This document shows positions 48,329 through 61,809 of a stretch of DNA of 64,000 bases, piece by piece. The stretch is from Antedon mediterranea. Its lineage: Eukaryota > Animalia > Echinodermata. Position 1 is the first letter of the stretch, and each line of letters starts with the position of its first letter. The position numbers were made by a program, and so were the translations under genes. The DNA is taken from positions 35,536,304 through 35,600,303 of the forward strand of contig NC_092671.1 in the NCBI RefSeq assembly GCF_964355755.1, in the 5' to 3' direction. Under the pieces are notes generated by a model. It was not told where the DNA came from. It searched no databases and worked only from the letters and a program-made list of their open reading frames with translations.

Positions 48329-48493
48329 CAGTGGCGTAACGGCTATGAGCTCACTGGCTAAACCCAGGGGCCCCGGAGCTTATGGGAGCCCGATGTCGAA
48401 AAAGGCTAAACACGCCTCGCTGAGGCCTCCAGCGTTGAAGGGCCACTTAGGTTCCTAAACCAAAGGGTTTTAGGCCTCTACGTTACGCCACTG
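48329..48493. mobile_element. MITE family D (hAT-like)
   Basis: TIR CAGTGGCGTAACG / CGTTACGCCACTG with perfect 8-bp TSD cccatacc. Confidence 0.92.
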
Positions 48494-48564
48494 CCCATAC
48501 CAAGATGAAGTGTAAATTATCTTATGATGGTGGTTTATCCAGTTAATTTCCCATCATTCATGTT

Positions 48565-51500
48565 TCACGATGTTTTACAACATGGCGAGCTTTTAGTAGG
48601 CTCTTCTTCATCTTGTTCCATTATGGCTTCTTTCGCGCGCTTTTCCAACGCCATACGAAGATTGGCGGGAATTGCGGGAATATCTGCAGAACGTCGTCGT
48701 TCATCGTACGGTTTTGTGGTAAGACCACAATGTGGTGATGTCTGACTGAGGGAGATTAATGTCATTGCCATCCTTAAGAATGCTTCTTGTATTCCTAAAA
48801 AGCAAAAAATGTCAAATATAAATAATAATATAATGATTAATGTGGTCCGTTGGCCAATATTAAATGTAGTCTTGTAATTAAAGAAGTTACGATTGGGCGT
48901 ATTGGACCTACATATTGTTTCCGCCTCTGTGTTCCTTACTGAAAACATTATGCGAATGAATTACTCTAATTGGGAACTACTATTATTAATTCCCGTTGTA
49001 TGCTCATTATTATTAATTATTAATAATTTAAAATGGCTTTTAAAACCTGGAGAAAAGGGACATTAAGATTTAGTTTTGCTATCTATTTTCTGCTAAAATA
49101 AACACTTGTATGTATGGAATATACAATATTATAAACCTACCTTCAGTTGTCATTGCCGATGTTTCAAAGAACAGCGCCCCTATCGACGCTGCATAATTCA
49201 ACGCTTCCTGTTTTGGAACTTTTCGAGCATCTTTTAGATCAGATTTGTTACCAAGAACACACATAACTAAAGTTAAAAAAAAACAAAGTTTAGTAATGAC
49301 AATGTTGATATCTTAGTCAGGTTCTTTCGATCGCGATTTGGTAATTATTCTAAAAACAAAGAAAACTTCTTCAGCTAGTTCTGACCCAAACTGGTGGCGC
49401 TCGTAAAGGAATACACACAAAACAAAATACAATAAGTTTTACTAAGAGACTTGCAGTAGACTCATCCTACAGTCGTCACGTGTTTGATTTAATAATCTAA
49501 CTATTCTACACAGGATTAATCTAAACCAAAATGACAACTTTATAGATGAAACGTCTTATTTACCTATGTCACTGTCAACATTCATTTTCAGTTCTGAAAA
49601 AAAAAGTATCAATAATTAGTTTGTTTGTTTGTTTCTTTATATCCATTCACAAAAAAAAACAAAAAAACATTAACATACATAAATATTCATTACAAAAATG
49701 AAAGATATTCAAAACCTTATTTTAATATCTAATATATTAAGTACAATCCATCGTAGGATTAGTAAACTTTTATTAATATATACACGAGATAAACTGTTTT
49801 ACCCGATATTGTTAATATTATGACGGGTTGCGCCACATGACTACTACACGCTCTCAATATTGAATATTGGACCAACACTTTTAGACTAGAGTCAAAGTCC
49901 AATTAGCTATCGTTAGAGACTACAGTACAAAGATCACACAATTTTTAAGTGTTGTCTGTGTTTTTAGCCACTGGTTTCATAACTAGGGACGGAAAAGGGG
50001 TGTTAACAGAATATATAATATACAGTCACAACACCGTGACAGTTTGAACTGTGTTCATTTATGCATGAGATAGTCTAAAAATGACCTCTCACTAGAGGGG
50101 GTTGTCTATTCATATTTCAAGTTCAAATCTCGTATAACTAGAAGTATTTAGTAACTTATATTTCTTACCTTCTACCCATGATTTAACGTTTTCAAACGAA
50201 GGGTATGACGTCACGTCATAGACAAGAAAAGCTGCATTTGTCTTTCTATAATACATAGGTGCCATAGAGCGAAACCTCTCTTGGCCCGCCGTGTCCCAAA
50301 GTTGTAGTCTTACACGATGGTTGTCAACAGTCCTACAAATGTAAACAATATATGGTGCTTCATAAATATCATACATTCAACTATTCAAATTGATCAACGA
50401 TTAGGTTAACCCAAACGATTACTTTAATTTAATTTAGAGCACAAAGCCATAAATTCTTTTAACAGCAACATACTAATGAAAAATGATATTTCTATTTCAT
50501 TGTCGAGACATTTACAGCCCGTTGCAGTAAATTCTAAATAAATAATGAGTTTAAAACACAAGAGTATGATGTTTTACTCATCGGTGATGTTATTTATTTG
50601 AGGATATTGTATGTTGGGTTAAGAATATTAGTAAGGGTTTGCCGATGTGTTCCATGTTATATCGGAAGACACCGATCATCCTCTCCATGGCAACATTATC
50701 GGATCCGTTATCGTTAGTGGTAGGATGAGGACGGTAAATGCGCAGACGCCCACCGTTACAAGTACTGTACAATTAAAACAATTAAATGACGAGGATTTGA
50801 TGGTCTCAAAATAGCTGATGATATCAACAAATAACATTAATGATAGTTTACTTACATTTTAAAAGTGAAATACGAAGCACCGATAGTTGGGGCGACGGCT
50901 TTGCTGAATAACTTCCCAACATATCGAACAATAATACTAGTTTTGCCAACTCCTGAAAATTTCAAGAAATATGTACTTTTAATCCTTTGTCTTGCGTGGG
51001 TTCGTCCCTCCCACTTTTATTATGATACTCTGTTTTAAATATATGTAGGCCTATATATAATGTGTACATTTATATATTTTTTTAAATTATATTTTTTTCT
51101 CTCATTTATATGTTACAGTAGTTACAGTAAATTAACATTTGCTTATACCAAAGAACTTATAACACAAGAATCTCCTGTTCTTCAATTTACATTCAAAACA
51201 CAGTATCGGAAGTACAGGGTTAAAAGGTCAAACTGGGCGACGCATTTCACAGCATGGAGCAGCGCCCCCTCCAAACTAGGAAGTCAATTACTCTATCCCC
51301 CTAGAGTATTAGCAGATCCCCTCTATGATTTTGACTTTCTAATTTTATGCGGGCGCCCTACTCCTCAGTCAATTACTCTATCCCCCCTAGAGCATTAGCA
51401 GATCCCCTCTATGATTTTGACTTTCTAATTTGATGCGGGCGCCCTACTCCATGGCTCACAATGGCGCCACCCATAGCTCTATTCTATCCCACAATGCCTT

Positions 51501-52563
51501 TCGAAATTGTTACGCGCTTCGGACGAACAGGAGATTCTTGTGTTATAAGTTCTTTGTTGTATATACATAAAATGATTGATTGTAAGCACTTTTATGTTTA
51601 CAAGAATAGAATATTAATGCTATTCATAGATGACGTCATTTTTACTAGATGACGTTATTTTTACATTAATTTATTCAAATATACTGAAAACAATATTGTT
51701 ATAAGAATAGAAATGTTATAGCTAATGGTTTATTTCAACCATCAATAGTGCAATGTCTAACGTAAGGTCAATGATGGTGATAATGATGCCAGTTAACGAT
51801 TATTCGAATTGTGCACAAGTTATCATTATTATTGATAATAAGCTCTATAAATAGTACTTTATATTTGGTTACGTTCTATTCTTAGTCTTAGTCAATATAA
51901 CCTGTGATACCGACTAGATATTCTTATACAAGCTATTTATCAAATATAAATATAATCCTTAGAGAATATATTATATTATTCTTAAAAAAAACTCTTCAAT
52001 GGGCCTACCATTAAAACCATATTGGCATTCATTTTAATCAGATACTGACTACAATCAAGAATTCGCCGACTGGCTCAGGCTCTGACGATGAGAGAAATGA
52101 CTTACCGACTGATTTATTAACAACTGACAGACCAGCCGATATGAAAAATAGACAATGTAAATTATAGTGGAAGAAAGGCTATAGTACCACAGTTTACATT
52201 TGTCTCTGGTAGTTTACCAACGAGAATCGATTGAACTGTACTAAGAACTGACTGTCATAAAGCTCTGTCTACACTATCAAACTAGTTTAACAAAAAAAGT
52301 ATGATGTGTCCAAATATGGTAGTGATATGCCTAAATATGGTAGTGATAATATGACATCATCATGTCCATATTCACAGTTTTTATCACATAAAGTGTGATA
52401 GTGTAGACAGAGCTTAAGAGATACTGTATCTAGGAAGTTGTAAGTGCACATATTCTTATTTAACATAAGACCCTACTATAGCATGGACAAAAAAAATTAA
52501 ACAAATTAAAATACTCTTACCTTGTTGGCCTAGAATAACAACTTTGGCTTCCAATAACTTCAT
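48565..52563 (-). CDS. RabX1: Rab5-group small GTPase, RabX1-like (often annotated Rab31-like), 229 aa
   Basis: Exons 52563-52521, 50952-50856, 50332-50169, 49593-49564 (30-nt micro-exon), 49266-49141, 48794-48565 (690 nt). EAKVVILGQQGVGKTS, PTIGASY, WDTAGQERFRSMAPMYYR, GNKSD, ETSA, C-terminal CCKTS. Rab call is secure; RabX1 orthology is from recalled similarity. Confidence 0.9.
51149..51556. mobile_element. Unclassified MITE with 32-bp perfect TIRs
   Basis: caaagaacttataacacaagaatctcctgttc / gaacaggagattcttgtgttataagttctttg; internal ~85-bp tandem duplication. Confidence 0.85.
52261..52414. mobile_element. MITE family A
   Basis: TIRs with perfect TAA TSD. Confidence 0.9.
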
Positions 52564-53235
52564 TATAGTTTTTTATCCAGAAATATGTGCGTCCAGGATC
52601 TACTTGAGAACTTCAACAAAACCGCCTGGTACGGTGGCGTGATACCGTTGTCTCCATTAGCTGGCGCCTAATTATAAAAGTAGACTGGACAGGGCTACAA
52701 ACGTACTATCATATAACACGAATGATGATCAAAAACATTAATTACAAAAATTCAATTAACACATTCAAAATTTATGTGCGTCCTACGCTGAACATTCGTC
52801 GGTGATTGTTAGGCCTACTCAAATGGTATAGTTGTATAAGTTTATGATACTGCACCAGTAATGGCAAGATATTGATAAGAGTTAGGATTTGCTATGAGGT
52901 AACGGAACTGATAAAGTTTTATTTATTTAGACCGATTACAATAAACACTATAAGTATCCCTGATTATTTCAGTAGGTCTACGTTTTATGCTCACTGGGTG
53001 ACGGTTCATAGGTCACTAATTGGTGGTAGTGAACTCTCATAATCATCAATACAATAATATTGTATTGAAGATTATGATAGTTATCACGTGATCGATTCAT
53101 GGTTGGTTGTAAGGAAGCTTCTTTTTTAGACCTCCAGCGGATGTGAAATATATTCCATCAATTTGGCGAATAAGACAACATTTTTGTCACCATTTGGTTT
53201 CACAATCCCGTTTGGCAAAAAAAAAAAAAAAAAAA

Positions 53236-53442
53236 TGCCGACCTCGATTTTTCTGGCGTGGCCAACACAATAAATATTGGTTTGACCTAAATGTGGAAAT
53301 ATGATATATTTATTGACAAATTGAGAACCAAATTAAATTAGATGCCGACCCTAATTTCATCAGTTTAGAGTCGGGCGTGGCCAACACAATACATTTTGTT
53401 TTGACCTAAATGTGGAAATATGATATATTTATTGACCAAATT
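53236..53442. repeat. Imperfect ~110-bp tandem duplication
   Basis: atgccgacc...ggcgtggccaacacaata...tgacctaaatgtggaaatatgatatatttattgac occurs twice. Confidence 0.8.
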
Positions 53443-54634
53443 AAATTCGATTTTAATGAAGTTATTTGTTTTATGCATCACATGCAGGGTTAATATTAAT
53501 GTCAAGAGGTTCGTTCGTTCCCACTGCCTATGGTTTCCTCAAATTTTTAATAAATGAATAAATATCTGTATGTATTAATATTATCATTAGTTACATTCCG
53601 CTGTCTGGTTGAATGTGCATTAGTAGTCTGGGTTCCAGACGGAGTTTTGACTTAATATTAGTAAAAAGATAAATATTTTGGCACAGATGGCGTTTCATAA
53701 TGTATACTACTTTTCAGACAAAAATCGAAAAAAAGAAAGAAAAGAAAGACAATAAATACAGACTTTGGGCAAGTCTAATGCATTAGGTATGATCTGACCA
53801 CAATTCACAGAGCTTTGATAGATAGACATGCAATCTGAAAGAGTCATGGAAGGGGAGAGTCTTAGCACTGGAAAAGTGATGAGGAGAGAGATGTGTGGTG
53901 GGAGATAGATTGATTAGTAGACGGATAGCTTTATTCTGGTCTTTTTTAAGTTTAGCGGTAGAAGAAGGTTTAGAACCCCAGACAGAGCAGCAGTAGTCAA
54001 GTCTAGAAAGGAAAGAATTACCTATAATAGGCCTACTTATTGATCATGTGATACTATTAGGAGATAGATGGATAACAACAACAACCTTTTATGATAGTTT
54101 CAGTGTGAAGGGATTTCAACATTCATCAGTTTCTAAATATACATATATGAAAACGTTCTAATGTAAAATTCTAATAATAAAGTACTTTAAATTTCTGTTT
54201 TTAAATATTGTACGCGGTCCTCAAAGGGTATTTCATGTGAAATAACAGTTGATAACAGTTTTAATTGTTAATGGGCCTAATTTTGTATTCAATGAATAAT
54301 AAGACATATGTAGGTCAGGCTCTCTATCGTTATCGCACACTGACTAAATATTAATTAAAACAATAGTATAATTATTTTTAAATTTATGATATAACAACTA
54401 GGACACGTGATATTATGATTACCGGATGGTTTATTATTGAGGACGCTTAGCATATTAGCATATCGAAATAAAGTGGAGTTGGCAGTGTCATACAATCTTG
54501 TGCGGCACCAAGAAACAGAAAGGCTAACGAATTGGAAAATCAGGTGAGTGTTTAGACGGTGGTTTTAGAAAATGTATCGGTGGCATCGCAGTTGTAAAAT
54601 GGGTGAGATAAGCATCGTTTGTACAAATGAATTA

Positions 54635-55082
54635 AGGCCCATTATACTAGGACGATAACGATCGACGGTAAATAGAAACATGCATTTTCTTAAGCTCTGT
54701 CTACACTATCAAACTTTATGTGTCAAAAAAGTTTGATGTACCCATATATGGTAGTGCTATGCTTAAATATGGTAGTGATATGACATCATCATGTCCATAT
54801 ATGGGCACATCACATTTTTTTGACACATAAAGTTTGATAGTGTAGACAGAGCTTTACATAAAGCAAAGGAAATTAGCGAAATGTTTGTTCTAGAACTATA
54901 GGATAACCATTTATGCTGTCTTTGATAAAAAAAAATTAATAATTTTCATCAAAGGCAGCATAAAGGCAGCATAGATCATAGTTCTAGAATGAAAACTTGT
55001 TAAAATTATTTTGCTTTAGATATGAAAAATACATATTTACCTTTTAATCGTCGATTGTTATCGCGCTAGTGTAAACGGGCCT
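54635..55082. mobile_element. MITE family B carrying a nested family A MITE (54693-54853)
   Basis: Outer TIR AGGCCCATTATACTAG / CTAGTGTAAACGGGCCT; inner family A copy has a perfect TTA TSD. Confidence 0.85.
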
Positions 55083-55797
55083 TAATGCACAGATGCGTGT
55101 AATAGGAAACATTTGTATAACGAACAAACGTACAAACTCTCTTTCTCTCTATAGATTAAATAATTCACAAATTATTCATTTTCGTTATATTTTATGCTAA
55201 TAGAATACGGTGTCAATTTGTGAAATTATTTGTTCTGGTTTATAAACAATAGAATATTTGAAAAATAATTAGCATTGGAATAAACAAATATTATGCAAAT
55301 TTAAGGATTAAAAAAAAAGAGTCATTTAATAATATTTCATAATAAAAATATTTTAAATTTTCAGTCAAAATGATGAGAAGGAATATTAAGGCGTTTTTGA
55401 GCACATTTACCAAGGTAAAAGGAGACGTGATATGAGCCTTGTTTTAAGTTTCTTTATTATCATCATTCTAACTTTCAACCAATCAGCAGAAAGTCGGTTT
55501 CTGTGGTAATGTAATACGAAGTGTGTGTTTACGCGCGCGACGTACTATAACTAAACTGCAGTTGATGCGTGCGCATCATGGCACGCGCCTAAAAATTATA
55601 CACACATTGTGTGATTTTAATGTAGCCAGCCCTCTTGTCTAGGCTAGGCTAAATAATATTAATTAGTAGGCCTGAAATTCTACACAATATATACCAGCCT
55701 AGGCTAGCCGAATTAAAGCAGCCTAGAATTAGACGTTATAGGCTCATTTGACACATGTTTATAGTATAGTGTTAGTGTTAGCCAATAAATTAAAGCA

Positions 55798-58700
55798 ATG
55801 CAAGCTATCAGAGCTTTTCGTGGTGGATGCAGAGGTCGAGAACCCGCCAGAGTACTCATGAAAAGTGCCACCCTCAGTAAGCCTAGGGCTAGGCCTAGGC
55901 ATAATTGTTCCAGGCCTGGATACGTTTTACTTCACAGGGTTAGTTATTTTATATGTGACCTATCTATAGAGTGAACATTGATAAAGTTACATGAATATCT
56001 GTGAATTAGGCCTATTATAATATTATGGTCTTTGATCATCATTTTTTTGGGATTATCATTGACAAGATTGTTCCACACCCATCTACTAGCCTACCTATAT
56101 AGTAATTATCTAGGCCTAGGCATATCTTTTTTTAAACCTTCTTAAATCTTAAAGATGTATTTTCCCCTGAAAAAATAATTCTTAAAAACATTTTTGTTGA
56201 ATGTTCCATATTTTCCCCTGAAAAAATAATTCTTTAAAACATTTTTGTTGAATTTTCCATTTTAATGCAACATAGTTATCCACTTTGACCAAAAACTTGA
56301 TCGAAAAAAAAATGTAATTACCTGAAAAAATGTAATTTAAAGCAAAAAATAGTCAAATTGGCTGCCAGCCAATGGATTTTTGGTTGAATTTAACCATTTA
56401 TTTTGTATTTTTATAAGTAAAAACATTATTTTGTTTTCGCTTTTTTAACTATGGAAGTGATTAACTTTATTAAACTACAAAATAACATATTCAAAGTCTG
56501 ATTTATTAATCTTCATTTTTCATGTTTTTGGGGGACAATACATCAATACATATATTACGTTACATTGTTGTTTTTTTGCTTTCGAAGGAAATACATTTTT
56601 ATTTTGATTTGATTTGATCTAGTTAGTAGACTACTGAACTGTACTTCTAGGTAGCTACAAACCAGTCTTTTAGTACTAGGCCTAGCTAGTAGGCCTAGCT
56701 AGTAGACCTAGCTAGTAGGCCTACATTAGCTAGTAGGCCTAGCTAGTAGGCCTACTATAGAGTATGTCTACCAAGTAGTAAATTACACGTGTTATTATGT
56801 ATTGTATTCGTGTATAGCCTAATGTACGCCAAGGCTTTACTTCTTTACCTGTTCGATTAAAAAAAAACATGTACACTTTTTTAGAATCTAAGTTCTAGAT
56901 ATAATCATGACGTTAAAGTTCCTATGGAAGGTAACACCAATCATGAGACACAAGAATTGCACCAATCCACCAGAAGCCCAGTCAGATCTTTCAACGAATG
57001 GGACACATTGGAAGAAGTGATTGTAGGCCGAGTTGACAACGCTACTATTCCTCAGTTTTCGATTGAAGTAAAGGTACGATATAAATAGATATAAAAAGAG
57101 GAACGTCACTAATATTAAAGATGTATTGTCCCCTGAAAATAATAATTCTTAAACATTTTTGGTTGAATATGCCGCTTTAATGTCCTATTGAATAGTTATC
57201 CACTTTGACCAAAAATTGGATTGGAAAGCCAAAAAAAATAGTCAAATTGGATGCCAGCCAATGGGCTTTTACTTAGTTGAATTTAACAACATTTTTGTTT
57301 GGTTTTTTTTTTCTACGGAAGTTAATCTGATTAAATAAATCTTAATTTTTCAGGTTTTTGGGGGACAATACATCTTTAATTAGAAAGAGTTACAGTTTTA
57401 CTCTTTTTTTTTACTTTTTGCAAACGAATAATAACCACAGTGAAAACGATGTATTTAATTACAGGCAAACACAGCTGATAAACAATGGCCGTTTTTCAAA
57501 GCAAAAGGTGGGCAACAATTTCCGTCTGCGCATTTACAGAAGGCATATGACGAAGTAGAGGAGTTCTGTCGTGTTCTGCAGCACGAGGGTGTAGTTGTAC
57601 GTCGTCCTGAAGTCATCGACTTCAGCAAAGAGTACGAAACCCCAGACTTCAAGTCCAAAGGTTCCTTTGTCATTATTTATTTTTATTTAATATTTCACCC
57701 AGAGGCTCCTTAGTCTCAAGAAGCCTCTGCAACATATAACTATGTTATACATTTGAGCTTAGCAACAGAAGGTGGAAATATATAACAACAAAAATCTAAA
57801 TAGCAAATCTTATTAACAACAATTAAATAAAATGATAATTTGTTTATTTGAATTAATCCAAAAATAAAAATATTACATAAAGTTGATTGTTTAAGAGTAG
57901 AGTCTTGATCAAGTAGGCCTAAATATTTAAACTTGATTGTAACATTATTTTTCATCGTATGTTTTTAAAGACAATTGTAAAGCTAGGGCAATGCTTTCTT
58001 AATTATTCAGGTCTGTACGCAGCCATGCCAAGAGATATCCTATTGGTAGTCGGTGATGAGATAATCGAGAGTCCAATGGCTTGGAGATCTCGATTCTTTG
58101 AATACCGTGCGTATCGTCCTCTAATAAAAGAGTACTTCAGGAACGGTGCGAAATGGACCACTGCTCCTAAACCGTTGATGAGCGACCAACTCTATGATCA
58201 AGTAAAGCTCTGTCTACACTGTCGAACTAGTTTGACAAAAAAAGTGTGATGTCCCTAAATATGGTAGTGATATGCCCAGATATGATAGTGATATAACATC
58301 ATCATGTCCATATATGGGCACATAAAATTTTTTGTCACAGTTTGATAGAGTAGACATACTTTAATCATTTGTTTTATTAATACGTAGAACTGCTAGATTG
58401 AAATTAGCACATTCATTATATAATTAAGAAAATAACATTAAGTTAAGTTAATCTCCCTTCGATATATAGGCCTACTATCTGATTACTTTTTGCAACTACT
58501 ATACCAGCGTTAGAGGGCCACTTAGGAGTGCTAAACCAGTACCTTTGCCCTGTGCGTTACGCCACTGTCCCGAAGGCTCGCCCTCCCATGTTCTACTTAT
58601 ATGTGTGACTATATTTTGCAGGACTACCCAGTAGAATCGACCGAGCACAGGCACCAGTTAGCAGCAATGGGAAGATTTGTTACGACAGAGTTTGAACCGT

Positions 58701-60341
58701 GCTTTGACGCAGCGGATTTCATGAGAGCTGGAAAAGACATCTTCGCTCAGAGAAGTCAGGTAAACAGAATACAGTAGCGTAACGCAGGGGCAAAACCTAA
58801 GTGGCCTCCAAGATCCAACGCTGGAAACCTCGGGCGTTTTTAGCCTTTTCGGTATAATTATCCTCTGGGCACTGCTCTGGGTGTCCCATAATATCTGGGG
58901 CCCATGGGTTTAGCCAGTGAGCGCTCATAGCCGTTACGTCACTGACAGAATACATATGTCTTATGTTTTCAATTTAAATTAATTTCAAATTGTATATAAT
59001 TAATTACCATATTTGATTCATTAATTGCATACAGTATGTTATCTTATGTTTCTGGAATTTTGTTAACCTACATATTAATCTGAAATAAACAACAATTTTT
59101 TTTGGATTGAAATAAATTGCGGAAGTCCACGTAGAAAAATGATGGTAGTTAAACGAATTGTAGTGTTTTATTACTAGACCTAATTATAGTAGGCCTATAG
59201 GGACTTTTTTTTCTCAAAAGATATGTTAAAGTAACGTGCCAAATTATGAAATAGTACAAAGTTGTTATTTTGGCTATTTTCTGTAAAAATCCCTATACTT
59301 TTATACAGGTAGTTATTATGTAACCTGCAGAATTAATTTTCCATGCGCAGCACTTGTTATTATTGTTCTTTTTTATGTTTAGTATTTCAGTAGCCGTTTC
59401 GAATTTTGTCTGTATTTTCAGCTCATGTATTATACGTATGAAACGCTATGTGTTCCAAAATAGTAAGTCAAAATGCCGTTTCTAACCTATGTGTGCTCAC
59501 TGGTGTGTAAACATACCATTATATCACGCTCAAACAAAAAATCGCTTCAATTGTTTAAACAAAAATATTCATTAAGATTTTCTCATAGGTAACAAACTTG
59601 ATGGGAATCGAATGGTTACAGCGCCATCTGGGAGACGAGTACAAAATCCATACATTGTCTTTTGATGATCCTAATCCAATGCATATTGACGCAACGTTCA
59701 ATATGATTGGACCAGGTTTAGTGCTTTCTAACCCGGATCGTCCATGTCACCAGATTGAATCCTTCAAAAAAGCTGGCTGGACTATCGTTAAGCCTCCGAA
59801 ACCCGTTATACCTGACCGTAAGTTTTGTAATTCTTGTTATATAATCCTATCAATACGGCTTTAAACTATGTATATTATGAAAAAATAATGCCTACTTTCA
59901 TTTTAAAATCCACACATTCGAAACCAAATCAACTTAAAGATGTATTGTTTTGTGAAGTGAAGTGAATATTTATTATGTGACATTAAAATGGCATATTCAA
60001 CAAACAAATAATTTTTTCAGTGGACAATACATCTTTAATGGTTCCCATTCAACAACCAATCACACAAAATATCGAAATATTATATATCAATAAATTAGAT
60101 ATTTATTATTTCAGATCATCCTCTTTGGATGTCATCGAAGTGGTTGTCTATGAACGTGTTGATGTTAGATCCTAAACGCGTGGTAGTAGACCAAAACGAA
60201 GTACCGACGCAAAAAATGTTTGAACGTCTGGGAATTGAGTGTATCAAAGTTAACTTGCGCTTCGCCAACTCGCTAGGGGGCGGTTTCCATTGTTGGACAA
60301 CAGACGTTCGGCGTGCGGGTGATTTGCAGTCATACTTTTAA
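55798..60341 (+). CDS. GATM: Glycine amidinotransferase (AGAT), mitochondrial, ~436 aa
   Basis: Exons 55798-55938 (or 55370-55414), 56885-57073, 57465-57660, 58011-58201, 58622-58759, 59589-59817, 60115-60341. Motifs [46 protein letters not shown] (catalytic Cys). Confidence 0.96.
56153..56544. mobile_element. MITE family C (Kolobok-like)
   Basis: TTAA|AGATGTATT.TCCCC...GGGGACAATACATC. Confidence 0.8.
56675..56755. repeat. Minisatellite of ~13-bp units built on TAGGCCTAG
   Basis: (ctagtaggcctag)n, about 5-6 units. Confidence 0.85.
57119..57375. mobile_element. MITE family C (Kolobok-like)
   Basis: Perfect TIR AGATGTATTGTCCCC / GGGGACAATACATCT flanked by TTAA on both sides. Confidence 0.88.
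58206..58361. mobile_element. MITE family A inserted in a GATM splice donor
   Basis: Exon ends at 58201; sequence continues G-TAA-AGCTCTGTCTACAC. Confidence 0.88.
58505..58567. mobile_element. MITE family D, partial
   Basis: gagggccacttagg...gcgttacgccactg right end only. Confidence 0.7.
58772..58944. mobile_element. MITE family D (hAT-like)
   Basis: TIRs with perfect 8-bp TSD acagaata. Confidence 0.9.
59938..60034. mobile_element. MITE family C, internally deleted
   Basis: TTAA|AGATGTATTGT...ACAATACATCT|TTAA. Confidence 0.8.
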
Positions 60342-60959
60342 AATTGCTAATGAAATAAATAAATTCTTGCAATAACTTGATTTTATGAATTTAAATTAAT
60401 ATGGTTTTTAATTAAGTATCTCAATGATACATTTTGAAATAGACTTACAATGTTAATTAAACGTTTTCTTTTCTTACTAGTATTTGATAAGTGATTTTAA
60501 CACTTGTAAAACAGACATTTTTTTCATTAAAACTGAGAGTACCGTATAAGAAGACATACATTACTGTATGGTATTGATTGAGAGATAGGCCTATTCCTTT
60601 ATTGCATTTCTGGACTTATTAGTGGCGTGGTTGGCGTGATTAGCAGTATGTGTATTCCACAGGTATAATTTGACATTTTACTCAAACTTTGAAGGAATAG
60701 TTTATTAATGTCAGATGAGCTGGTTATGTACCACCAATCAAATACACATAGGCCTAATGAAGGCGCACAAATATCCCCGGTGTATGATATGCAAAATTTA
60801 CATTTCTTGCAATGACATTCTTGATTCTGTTGATTTCATCATCCGACTAGAGAACGTAACTAATGGATGTAATTCATAATATTGAGCATTGGTGACAATT
60901 ATGATGACTAGACTGATATGTTGGTAAAAGGTAATTTATAATTTAGGCATACTTAAGAG

Positions 60960-61104
60960 CAGTGGCATAACGCAGAGACCTCCCGTGGCAAGTTGCCTAA
61001 CGCTACAGGCCTGCAGTGCAGGTTTTCAACCTTTTCGACATATATAGGCCTAGATTCAGTGCCCCTGGTTCAGCCAGTGAGCGCTCATAGCCGTTACGCC
61101 ACTG
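60960..61104. mobile_element. MITE family D (hAT-like)
   Basis: TIRs with 7/8 TSD cttaagag / cttcagag. Confidence 0.88.
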
Positions 61105-61809
61105 CTTCAGAGCAGTCCAGGGAGGCACAATTTCCTCTTAAACCCACTGACGTATCATAAAACCCACATCTTTTCTTATTTACCCCAAAAGTTATTCACT
61201 AATTAAATACTAAAGAAAGAAGATTAGTTTGTTTTGGTTTTATTTTTAAGGACACGCACAATGATTTTATAACCCATAAAACTTTGCACAAGACGATTTC
61301 TTAACATAGATAAGAAGCAAATCATATCGCTCATTCAATAGGTGAATCAATTAATATTTAATAAACCTAAAACTGATGTAATTTTTGCGTACAGCTAGGA
61401 ATACAATAATTGCTACTGAGTCTAACGATTGCCGAGATCAAATTCTAATTCTAAATGCAATCACTCATTGTTTTCCTAGCAATCACTTTATTAATCAAAG
61501 TCCACTTTTGTTTATTGGGGCTGTGGTATTATTTCCATTCTCCAAATGTACATATGTGTGTACATGGTGGCACGTATAGTTTGTACAATCTTGTAATCAA
61601 TACTTGTATTAGGATGTAGTGAGTCAATTGCAATTGATTTGAAACACTTATAATGCATCTGAAATCGATTCTATCAGGTTAATTAGCAAGATATTTCTAC
61701 TGAACGTTGCAGAAATGTATTTTATTTATTTTTTAAAATTTTTATTCAACTTCTCACTAACATTGTTAGTAAAGGATCGAGACCAACAGATCTAAAAACA
61801 TTGCAGTCC

